Source: Eledone cirrhosa (taxonomy: Eukaryota). Taken from it: a stretch of 64,000 nucleotides of DNA. Positions 40,980 to 53,500 of the stretch are shown one piece after another; within the stretch, counting starts at the first letter, position 1, and each line of letters begins with the position of its first letter. A program made the position numbers and the translations under genes. Under the pieces are notes generated by a model. The model searched no databases. It had not been told where the DNA came from and worked only from the letters and a program-made list of their open reading frames with translations. The stretch is taken from contig OZ024742.1 of assembly GCA_964016885.1 (NCBI GenBank), positions 11,532,001 through 11,596,000 on the forward strand, given 5' to 3'.

Positions 40980-43900
40980 TATATTGTACTGATAGTACAT
41001 ATTGTACTGATATTATATATTGTACTGATAGTACATATTGTACTGATAGTACATATTGTACTGATAGTACATATTGTACTGATAGTATATATTGTACTGA
41101 TAATACATATTGTACTGATAGTACATATTGTACTGATACTACATATTGGTACTGATAGTACATATTGTACTGATACTACATATTGTACTGATAGTACATA
41201 TTGTACTGATACTACATATTGTACTGATAGTATATATTGTACTGATAGTACATATTGTACTGATACTACATGTTGTACTGATAGTACATATTGTACTGAT
41301 ATTATATATTGTACTGATAGTACATATTGTACTGATAGTACATATTGTACTGATATTATATATTGTACTGATAGTACATATTGTACTGATAGTACATATT
41401 GTACTGATATTATGTATTGTACTCATAGTACATATTGTACTGATAGTACATATTGTACTGATAGTATATATTGTACTGATAGTACATATTGTACTGATAG
41501 TACATATTGTACTGATAGTATATATTGTACTGATAGTATATATTGTACTGATACTACATATTGTACTGATAGTATATAATGTACTGATATTATATATTGT
41601 ACTGATAGTATATATTGTACTGATAGTATATATTGTACTGATAGTACATATTGTACTGATAGTACATATTGTACTGATAGTACATATTGTACTGATAGTA
41701 CATATTGTACTGATAGTACATACTGTACTGATAGTATATATTGTACTGATAATACATATTGTACTGATAGTATATATTGTACTGATAGTACATATTGTAC
41801 TGATAGTACATATTGTACTGATACTACATATTGTACTGATAGTATACATTCTACTGATAGTACATATTGTACTGATAGTACATATTGTACTGATAGTACA
41901 TATGGTACTGATAGTATACATTCTACTGATAGTACATATTGTACTGATAGTATATATTGCACTGATAGTACATATTGTACTGATAGTACATATTGTACTA
42001 ATAGTACATATTGTACTGATAGTATATATTGTACTGATAATACATATTGTACTGATAGTATATATTGTACTGATAGTACATATTGTACTGATACTATATA
42101 TTGTACTGATAGTACATATTGTACTGATAGTACATATTGTACTGATAGTATATATTGTACTGATAGTATATATTGTACTGATAGTATATATTGTACTGAT
42201 AGTACATATTGTACTGATAGTACATATTGTACTGATACTACATATTTTACTGATAGTATATATTGTACTGATAGTATATATTGTACTGATAGTACATATT
42301 TTACTGATAGTACATATTGTACTGATAGTATATATTGTACTGATAGTACATATTGTACTGATACTACATATTGTACTGATAGTATATATTGTACTGATAG
42401 TATATATTGTACTGATAGTACATATTTTACTGATAGTACATATTGTACTGATAGTACATATTGTACTGATAGTACATATTGTACTGATACTACATATTGT
42501 ACTGATAGTATATATTGTACTGATAGTATATATTGTACTGATAGTACATATTTTACTGATAGTACATATTGTACTGATAGTATATATTGTACTGATATTA
42601 TATATTTTACTGATAGTATATATTGTACTGATAGTATATATTGTACTGATAGTACATATTGTACTGATAGTATACATTGTACTGATAGTACATATTGTAC
42701 TGATAGTATATATTGTACTGATAGTACATATTGTACTGATAGTACATATTGTACTGATAGTACATATTGTACTGATAGTATATATTGTACTGATACTACA
42801 TATTGTACTGATAGTATATATTGTACTGATAGTATATATTGTACTGATAGTACATATTGTACTGATAGTATATATTGTACTGATACTACATATTGTACTG
42901 ATAGTATATATTGTACTGATAGTATATATTGTACTGATAGTACATATTGTACTGATAGTACATATTGTACTGATATTATATATTGTACTGATAGTACATA
43001 TTGTACTGATAGTATATATTGTACTGATATTACATATTGTACTGATATTACATGTTGTACTGATATTATATATTGTACTGATAGTACATATTGTACTGAT
43101 AGTACATATTGTACTGATAGTATATATTGTACTGATAGTACATATTGTACTGATAGTATATATTGTACTGATAGTACATATGGTACTGATAGTATATATT
43201 GTACTGATAGTATATATTGTACTGATAGTATATATTGTACTGATAGTACATATTGTACTGATATTATATATTGTACTGATAGTACATATTGTACTAATAG
43301 TACATATTGTACTGATAGTATATATTGTACTGATAGTACATATTGTACTGATATTACATATTGTACTGATAGTACATATTGTACTGATAGTATATATTGT
43401 ACTGATAGTTTCATATTGTACTGATAGTACATATTGTACTGATAGTACATATTGTACTGATAGTACATATTGTACTGATAGTACATATTGTACTGATAGT
43501 ACATATTGTACTGATAGTACATATTGTACTGATAGTATATATTGTACTGATAGTACATATTGTACTGATAGTATATATTGTACTGATAGTACATATTGTA
43601 CTGATAGTATACATTGTACTGATAGTACATATTGTACTGATAGTATATATTGTACTGATAGTATATATTGTACTGATAGTATATATTGTACTGATAGTAC
43701 ATATTGTACTGATATTATATATTGTACTGATAGTACATATTGTACTAATAGTACATATTGTACTGATAGTATATATTGTACTGATAGTACATATTGTACT
43801 GATATTACATATTGTACTGATAGTACATATTGTACTGATAGTATATATTGTACTGATAGTTTCATATTGTACTGATAGTACATATTGTACTGATAGTACA

Positions 43901-44582
43901 TATTGTACTGATAGTACATATTGTACTGATAGTACATATTGTACTGATAGTACATATTGTACTGATAGTACATATTGTACTGATAGTATATATTGCACTG
44001 ATAGTACATATTGTACTGATAGTACATATTGTACTGATAGTATACATTGTACTGATATTACATATTGTACTGATAGTATATATTGTACTGATAGTATATA
44101 TTGTATTGATAGTATATATTGTACTGATAGTATACATTGTACTGATAGTACATATTGTACTGATAGTATATATTGTACTGATAGTACATATTGTACTGAT
44201 AGTACATATTGTACTGATAGTACATATTGTACTGATAGTACATATTGTACTGATAGTATACATTGTACTGATAGTACATATTGTACTGATAGTATATATT
44301 GTACTGATAGTACATATTGTACTGATAGTATATATTGTACTGATAGTACATATTGTACTGATAGTATATATTGTACTGATAGTACATATTGTACTGATAC
44401 TACATTCTGTACTGATAGTATATATTGTACTGATAGTATATATTGTACTGATTATATATATTGTACTGATAGTACATATTGTACTGATAGTATATATTGT
44501 ACTGATAGTACATATTGTACTGATAGTATATATTGTACTGATAGTACATATTGTACTGATACTACATTCTGTACTGATAGTA
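40980..44582 (-). repeat. 18-bp satellite block C (same orientation as block A)
   Basis: Tandem 18-mers, richer in the AGTACAT variant. Confidence 0.98.
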
Positions 44583-44850
44583 ATGATCTAGATTAGTAAT
44601 CATTGCCTTTGATCTCGCATTTCACCTGGCTACATTCAGGTGAAGAAAGACACGAACCTATACAAGCAGAGTGTTTAGCACTGGTTACCTTGTAAGGAGT
44701 TGTACCTGATATAGCTGAGATTGATGGTCAGTGTTTCGGGTTACACAAAATGTATTTCTACTGATAACATTCAGATAAGTATCTTGTAAAAATGACAAAG
44801 GAGAAGTAAATTGGAATTAACGTCTTTATCTTGAATTATATCCGAGAAAG

Positions 44851-44953
44851 AAAGGTACTACAAAGAAAGATACTACAAAGAAAGATACTACAAAGAAAGG
44901 TCCTACAAAGAAAGGTACTATAAAGTAAGGTACTACAAAGAAAGGTACTACAA
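44851..44953. repeat. 15-bp tandem repeat AAAGGTACTACAAAG, ~7 copies
   Basis: Direct inspection. Confidence 0.9.
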
Positions 44954-45092
44954 TCTATAAAGTACATGAATAATTCACCTCATGAGGTGGGGCTGACACA
45001 TTCCTGGTTTAAAGGGTAACGAGAAGGGGGTAGAGCTGTTCGTTTTACAGGGAGGTAGGACTGTTGTAATAACTGTGTGAATCTTCTTTATA

Positions 45093-45603
45093 ACATCAAC
45101 ATCAGCATCATCACCACAACCATCATCAGCATCATTATCATCACCACCACCACCAACACCATGATCATCATGATCCCCATCATCATCACCATCATCACCA
45201 TCCCCACCACCATCATCATCATAATCATCATCATCATCCTCACAATCATCACCACCACCACCACCACCACCATGATGATCATCATCATCATCACCACTAC
45301 CACCACCATGATCATCATCATCACCCCCCCCACCACCATCATGATGATCATCATCATCATCACCACCACCACCATGATCATCATGATGATGATCATCATC
45401 ATCACCACTACCACCATCATGATCATGATGATCATCATCATGATCATCATCATCATCACCATCATCACCACCACCACGATCATCATCATCATCACTACTA
45501 TAACAACCTTCGTCACCAACATCATCATCATCATCACCAATACCATCATCCCCACCACCACCACCACCACCACCATTATCACCACCATCATCATCATCAT
45601 CCC
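45093..45603. repeat. Compound (CAT/CAC/GAT)n tract
   Basis: Direct inspection. Confidence 0.95.
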
Positions 45604-46814
45604 CAGTACGTTACAAAGTACCAGTAACCTTTACCCTTCCCTTTAAAGTTCCACCCACCAATCCTTGTCCTCTTTAATCAGACTTCTTACCCTCTTCTTC
45701 TTTCTCTCTTCTTTCACCTTTGTTTTCTTCTCTGCCCCCTTATCCGACACCTCCTTTTATTCCTCCTCATTCCACTTTGATTAATGGTTTCTAATTCAGA
45801 GAAAAGTCAAGAAACTTGGGAGCAGGGTAGAGACCCCGTACTTGGCTGGTTCTTTGCTATGGAAGTCAACGTAGACTTAGAATATAAATGGATATTACAA
45901 AAAGCGACAAGATACTATTTCAAGTGATGTACTGTTTCTTCCAGTCTCCTCGTTAGTCTTGGGTTACTGCTGTTATCAGTTGTTGACATGTATGAACACT
46001 TAGCGTGGCCCCAATGAGATTGGAGTTTTCAGCAGACCGCCAACTTCTAAAAACCCAAACCAGGAGTACCTTGAAAAAAAGCGCCCCAAAATGGAGAGAA
46101 ATGAGGCAAAATGAGGGGATTTTACATAATGAGTGTTATAAAAGTGATCACAATATAAGACATCTCTCACCCACCCAAAGTAGATGGGAGATCTCCCCGT
46201 CGGACGGGAAGAGTTGACAGGTCTGGTTTTCAGCCAGTTCTACAAAATATAGCTGTATCCACAAAGTTGATCAATCTAAAATAAAATCACGAGTTCAATT
46301 CTCGCAGAAGATAAAAACGTCGAAAATGTCTTGTTTTTTTGTTTATCTTGGGGTCTATTATTTTATAAAGCTGTTTACACAAAAACAAAACACTCTATCA
46401 AAGGGAACAAAAAGAAAAAGGTGCAACAAGTGCACTTAACATACATAAGGACATCCATCCCAATATTCGGGATAAATTTAAAATCTCTTGTCTTTGGACA
46501 TTTTATTCTTCATGTTCATGTAAAATCTAAAACAGAAAACAAATGATCTAAGTACGTGGTTTGAAAATTGTTAATCCTTGGTGTGCTCAAACGGGGCCGA
46601 CCTGAGGTAATATCTCGCTTTCATCTTGCCGATGTTGATAAGTAAAATACCAGTCGAGGGCGGTAGACTGGCGAAATAATTAGAGCGTCGGTCGGGATAC
46701 CTTTATGTTCTACGTTCAAATCCCACCATTGGATGGGTACTGGTGTTTCATAGACTTAGTCCGACACCCATTCTAGGTTATCTCTAATACAATCCTCTTT
46801 GTTATGAGCCTCCT

Positions 46815-48013
46815 GACCATATCTATGGTAACTTCATACCCAGCCAGCTCCCACCTCTCATCTGACTAGACTCGACCATATCTATGATTTGAAGGCAACT
46901 TCCTACCCAGACAGCTCCCACCTCTCATCTGACTAGACTCGACCATATCTATGGTTTGAAGGCAACTTCCTACCCAGACAGCTCCCACCTCACATCTCAC
47001 TAGACTCGACCATATCTATGGTTTGAAGGCAACTTCCTACCCAGCCAGCTCCAACCTCACATCTCACTAGACTCGACCATATCTATGGTTTGAAGGCAAC
47101 TTCCTACCCAGCCAGCTCCCACCTCTCATCTGACTAGACTCGACCATATCTATGGTTTGAAGGCAACTTCCTACCCAGCCAGCTTCCACCTCACATCTCA
47201 CTAGACTCGACCATATCTATGGTTTGAAGGCAACTTCCTACCCAGACAGCTCCCACCTCTCATCTCACTAGACTCGACCATATCTATGGTTTGAAGGCAA
47301 CTTCCTACCCAGCCAGCTCCAACCTCACATCTGACTAGACTCGACCATATCTATGGTTTGAAGGCAACTTCCTACCCAGACAGCTCCCACCTCTCATCTC
47401 ACTAGATTCGACCATATCTATGGTTTGAAGGCAACTTCCTACCCAGCCAGCTCCCACCTCACATCTCACTAGACTCGACCATATCTATGGTTTGAAGGCA
47501 ACTTCCTACCCAGACAGCTCCCACCTCTCATCTCACTAGACTCGACCATATCTATGGTTTGAAGGCAACTTCCTACCCAGACAGCTCCCACCTCACATCT
47601 CACTAGACTCGACCATATCTATGGTTTGAAGGCAACTTCCTACCCAGCCAGCTCCCACCTCACATCTCACTAGACTCGACCATATCTATGGTTTGAAGGC
47701 AACTTCCTACCCAGCCAGCTCCCACCTCACATCTCACTAGACTCGACCATATCTATGGTTTGAAGGCAACTTCCTACCCAGCCAGCTCCCACCTCTCATC
47801 TGACTAGACTCGACCATATCTATGGTTTGAAGGCAACTTCCTACCCAGCCAGCTCCCACCTCACATCTCACTAGACTCGACCATATCTATGGTTTGAAGG
47901 CAACTTCCTACCCAGCCAGCTCCCACCTCACATCTCACTAGACTCGACCATATCTATGGTTTGAAGGCAACTTCCTACCCAGCCAGCTCCCACCTCTCAT
48001 CTCACTAGACTCG
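46815..48013. repeat. 67-bp minisatellite, ~18 copies
   Basis: gactcgaccatatctatggtttgaaggcaacttcctacccagMcagctccMacctcWcatctSacta; starts at 46869, 46936 and onward. Confidence 0.97.
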
Positions 48014-48123
48014 TTTTCCTTATAGAGTGTCATGGGTGCTGCCCTTCCATCTGACTAAGCGATAAATAACACCAATGATAACAACAACAAACATTTAAGC
48101 AGAAAGAACAACATTGACACGAA

Positions 48124-48650
48124 CATTAACAGCTAATAATAATTGTTTCTACTTTTTGCACAAGGCCAGCAATTATATCAGTACATTACTGGTACTTTAT
48201 TTTACTGAACCCGTAAGGATGAAAGGCAAAGGTAACCTCGGCGGGATTTGAACTCAGATCGTAAAGGGCCGTAACTCTTTGCTGCAAAGCATGGAGTCCG
48301 ACCCTCTACCGATACTGCCAATCCACCGCTGAGTTCAAATCCCGCCGAGGTTAACTTTGCCTTTCATTCTTAGGTGTCGATAAAATAAAGTACCAGTAAT
48401 ATACTGAGATAATTGCTGGCCCTGTGCCAAAAGTAGAAAGCATTAACAGCTAATAATAATGGTTTCTTATATAGGCGCAAGGCCAGTGATTTGGGGGGAG
48501 GGGAAAGTCAAGTGCGTGACTGGTACTTTATTATATCGACCCCGTGAGGATGAAAGGGAGAGCTAACCTCGGCGGAATTTGAAGTCAGACCGTAAAGGGT
48601 CGCAACTCTATGCTGCAAAGCATGGTGTTCGACGCTCTACCGATTACTAC
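48124..48650. mobile_element. Cluster of three SINE family 2 copies (-, +, -)
   Basis: 48144-48327 minus, 48328-48440 plus, 48461-48650 minus; 20-bp direct repeat cattaacagctaataataat at 48124 and 48441. Confidence 0.85.
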
Positions 48651-48982
48651 CTCCGACAGTAATCTCAACATCAATAACATGAGAAGCAGACAAGGAGATG
48701 AAGGAGCCTCTAAGTCGTCGCAAGGTCTGCTATAAATAGCAGTCAAATAGTTCGCATGTTACTCTCTAATATCTTGGGGGAAGTCACATTGGGACCACGC
48801 ATGAATGAAAACAAAAAAAATATTTAAATACACCCCCACCCCACCCTCCTCCAAAACTGGAATGGTTGTGGGTGGCACAGATTTGGACATTGATCTGCTG
48901 GTTGTGGCGACCTGGGGCTAAACAACAGCAACAATATCAGCATTCTCAACAACAGTATCAACATTATTTACCTCCAGATTTA

Positions 48983-49170
48983 ACAACAGCAGCAGCAGCA
49001 ACAATAATAACTACAATAACAATAACAATAATAACAACTACAACTACTACAATAACAACAACAACAATAACAACAACAACAACCGTAATAACCACAATAA
49101 CAACTACAACAACAACAGTAACTACTACAATAACAACAATAACAACTACAACAACTGTAATAACCAAAAT

Positions 49171-49205
<35 letters not shown>

Positions 49206-49475
49206 CTACTACAATAACAACAATAACAACAAAAACAACAACAGCATCTACTACAATAACAACAATAACAACAATAACAACAACAGCAACTACTACAATA
49301 ACAACAATAACAACTACAGCAACAACTGTAATAAGCACAATATCAACTACAACAACAACGCCAACGGCAGTATCAGCAATAACAACAAAAGCAACAGCAA
49401 CATCATCAATAAAGGCAAAAATACCAGTAGTAACAACAACAGCAAAAACAACATTGACAACAACAAGAACAACAA
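48983..49475. repeat. Degenerate (ACA/ATA)n tract
   Basis: Direct inspection. Confidence 0.95.
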
Positions 49476-49989
49476 CATCTCCGACGTTACACGAAAACAC
49501 CTCTAGTCTGACAGCCTACTGTCGCCAATAAAACGGTGTAGAGCCGTTGAGTTGAAGACAAAACACGATCTTGTGATATCTCAAGTTATTCCTTCTCCTG
49601 CTACATTGAAAAATGATCTTAGCTTTAGTCACAAAGTTCGTCATTAAATAAATAAAAAAAGTTTGGCCCCACCCTCACGCCACCTTGTACCCACCACACC
49701 CAACCTCCCAACATAAAATAAAGAAAATCATAAAAAGTAAAATGAGAAAGAATGAGGATGGATGTTAAAGTACATCTGACAATTGGAACCGATCCCCGAA
49801 ATATAAGATATGAAAATATAAATATTCATATTATCTCTTAAACAATGACATAAGACTTTTAGATAATCAATTTGATGTTGTTGTTGTTGTTGATGTTCTT
49901 GTTGTTATTGATGTTGTTTTAGTTGGTGTTGTTGTTGTTGATGTTTTGTAGTTGGTGTTGTTGTTGATGGTGTTGCCGTTGTCAAGGTC

Positions 49990-50405
49990 ACCAATCCCAC
50001 CAAAACCACCACCACTACCACCACCAGTATCCCCTCCCCACCTACCCTGGTCACGCCCACCAGTCCCACCAATCCCCTCATACTACCACCGTTACCACCA
50101 CCAATACCACCACCATCAACACCAACAATCCACACACAACCATCAATACCACCCCACCACCACCACTACCACCTCCACCATCACTATCCCCCCACCAATC
50201 CAACCATCACCACCACCACCACTACCATCATCACCACCACCATCACCATCATCAACACCACCACCAGCACCACCACCACCACTACCACCACCAATCCCCC
50301 CACCAATTCCACCACCACCACCACTACCCATGCCCCAACAATATCCCCCCCCACCACCAATACTACCCCCACCGATCCTCCACCCCACCCACTACCCCCC
50401 ACCAT
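49990..50405. repeat. Degenerate (CCA)n / C-rich tract
   Basis: Direct inspection. Confidence 0.9.
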
Positions 50406-50528
50406 AATCTCTGTTATCTGCCCTCACCATCGTGTCGATGAAAGACAGTCAAATTAGGAATGACTTGCTGTCAACCACCCCAGATACCAGTAAACCACTC
50501 CTTCACTCATCTCTTTTACTTACCTTTC

Positions 50529-53500
50529 TTGTTGTTGTTGTTATTGGTGTTGTTGTTATTGGTGTTGTTGTTATTGGTATTGTGGTTATGGTGTTGTTGT
50601 TGGTGTTGTTGTTATTGGTGTTGTTATTAATGGTGTTGTTGTTATTGGTGTTGTTATTAATGGTGTTGTTGTTATTGGTGTTGTTATTGGTGTTGTTATT
50701 GGTGTTGTTGTTATTGGTGTTGTTATTAGTGGTGTTGTTGTTCGTGTTGTTGTTATTGGTGATGTTGTTATTGGTGTTGTTGTTATTGGTGTTGTTATTG
50801 GTGTTGTTATTGGTGTTGTTGTTATTGGTTATGTTGTTATTGGTGTTGTTGTTCGTGTTGTTGTTATTGGTGATGTTGTTATTGGTGTTGTTGTTATTGG
50901 TGTTGTTGTTGGTGTTGTTGTTATTGGTGTTGTTGTTCGTGTTGTTGTTGTTCGTGTTGTTGTTATTGGTGTTGTTATTAATGGTGTGTTGTTATAGGTG
51001 TTGTTGTTATTGGTGTTGTTATTGGTGTTGTTATTGGTGTTGTTGTTATTGGTGTTGTTATTAATGGTGTTGTTGTTATTGGTGTTGTTGTTATTGGTGT
51101 TGTTGTTGGTGTTGTTGTTATTGGTGTTGTTGTTATTGGTGTTGTTGTTATTGGTGTTGTTATTGGTGTTGTTATTGGTATTGTTGTTATTGGTGTTGTT
51201 GTTATTGGTGCTGTTATTGGTGTTGTTGTTATTGGTGTTGTTATTGGTGTTGTTGTTATTGGTGTTGTTGTTATTGGTGTTGTTATTGGTGTTGTTATTG
51301 GTGCTGTTGTTATTGGTGTTGTTGTTATTGGTGTTGTTATTGGTGTTGTTGTTGGTGTTGTTGTTGTTAGTGTTGTTGTTATTGGTGTTGTTGTTATTGG
51401 TGTTGTTATTAATGGTGTTGTTGTTATTGGTGTTGTTGTTATTGGTGTTGTTATTGGTGTTGTTGTTATTGGTGTTGTTATTGGTGTTGTTGTTATTGGT
51501 GTTGTTGTTGGTGTTGTTGTTGTTAGTGTTGTTGTTATTGGTGTTGTTGTTATTGGTGTTGTTATTAATGGTGTTGTTGTTATTGGTGTTGTTGTTATTG
51601 GTGTTGTTATTGGTGTTGTTGTTATTGGTGTTGTTATTGGTGTTGTTATTGGTGTTGTTGTTATTGGTGTTGTTATTGGTGTTGTTGTTGTTAGTGTTGT
51701 TGTTATTGGTGTTGTTGTTATTGGTGTTGTTATTAATGGTGTTGTTGTTATTGGTGTTGTTGTTATTGGTGTTGTTATTGGTGTTGTTGTTATTGGTGTT
51801 GTTGTTATTGGTGTTGTTATTAATGATGTTGTTGTTATTGGTGTTGTTGTTATTGGTGTTGTTGTTGGTGTTGTTGTTATTGGTGTTGTTGTTATTGGTG
51901 TTGTTATTAATGATGTTGTTGTTATTGGTGTTGTTGTTATTGGTGTTGTTGTTGGTGTTGTTGTTATTGGTGTTGTTGTTATTGGTGCTGTTGTTATTGG
52001 TGTTGTTATTGGTGTTGTTATTGGTATTGTTGTTATTGGTGTTGTTGTTATTGGTGCTGTTATTCGTGTTGTTGTTATTGGTGTTGTTATTGGTGTTGTT
52101 GTTGGTGTTGTTGTTATTGGTGTTGTTGTTATTGGTGCTGTTGTTATTGGTGTTGTTATTGGTGTTGTTATTGGTATTGTTGTTATTGGTGTTGTTGTTA
52201 TTGGTGCTGTTATTCGTGTTGTTGTTATTGGTGTTGTTATTGGTGTTGTTATTGGTGTTGTTGTTATTGGTGTTGTTGTTTTTGGTGTTGTTATTGGTGT
52301 TGTTATTGGTGTTGTTGTTATTGGTGTTGTTGTTATTGGTGTTGTTATTTTTTGGTGTGGTTATTGGTGCTGTTGTTATTGGTGTTGTTGTTATTGGTGT
52401 TGTTGTTATTGGTGTTGTTATTGGTGTTGTTATTGGTATTGTTGTTATTGGTGTTGTTGTTATTGGTGTTGTTATTGGTGTTGTTGTTATTGGTGTTGTT
52501 GTTATTGGTGTTGCTGTTATTGGTGTTGTTATTGGTGTTGTTGTTATTGGTGTTGTTGTTATTGCTGTTGTTGTTATTGGTGTTGTTGTTGGTGTTGTTG
52601 TTATTGGTGTTGTTATTGGTATTGTTGTTATTGGTGTTGTTATTGGTGTTGTTATTGGTGTTGTGGTTATTGGTGTTGTTGTTATTGGTGCTGTTATTGG
52701 TGTTGTTCTTATTGGTGTTGTTATTGGTGTTGTTATTGGTGTTGTTGTTATTGGTGTTGTTGTTATTGGTGTTGTTATTGGTGTTGTTGTTATTGGTGTT
52801 GTTATTGGTGTTGTTGTTATTGGTGTTGTTGTTGGTGTTGTTGTTATTGGTGTTTTTGTTATTGGTGTTGTTGTTGTTGTTGTTGTTATTGGTGTTGTTA
52901 TTGGTGTTGTTGTTATTGGTGTTGTTGTTATTAGTGATGTTATTGGTGTTGTTGTTATTGGTGTTGTTATTGGTGTTGTTATTGGTGTTGTTATTAATGG
53001 TGTTGTTGTTATTGGTGTTGTTGTTATTGGTGTTGTTGTTGGTGTTGTTGTTATTGGTGTTGTTATTGGTGTTGTTATTGGTATTGTTGTTATTGGTGTT
53101 GTTGTTATTGGTGTTGTTATTGGTGTTGTTATTGGTGCTGTTGTTATTGGTGTTGTTGTTATTGGTGTTGTTGTTATTGATGTTGTTATTGGTGTTGTTG
53201 ATATTGGTGTTGTTGCTATTGGTGTTGTTGCTAGTGTTGTTGTTATTGGTGTTGTTTTTATTGGTGTTGTTGCTAGTGTTGTTGTTATTGGTGTTGTTTT
53301 TATTAGTGTTGTTATTAATGGTGTTGTTGTTATTGGTGTTGTTGTTATTGGTGTTGTTATTGGTGTTGTTGTTATTGGTGTTGTTGCTAGTGTTGTTGTT
53401 ATTGGTGTTGTTTTTATTGGTGTTGTTATTAATGTTGTTGTTGTTACTGGTGTTGTTGTTATTGGTGTTGTTATTAGTGTTGTTGTTATTGGTGTTGTTA

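Noticed and set aside
22161-44582. CRISPR-like array
   Set aside because: Contiguous tandem monomers with no unique spacers and no cas genes; eukaryotic context
22170-44591. Giant ORFs up to 2641 aa (TISTIY, IVLIVY, YYQYNI, YCTDSI repeats)
   Set aside because: An 18-bp unit is a multiple of 3 and lacks stops in most frames on both strands; no unique domains; ORFs run through a SINE and orientation flips
46815-48013. CRISPR-like 67-bp periodicity
   Set aside because: The whole unit is repeated; there are no variable spacers
48866-50407. Signal-peptide-like Thr-rich ORF (48866-49531) and Pro-rich ORF (49952-50407)
   Set aside because: Start at non-ATG codons and consist of (ACA)n and (CCA)n microsatellite; no domain or splice evidence
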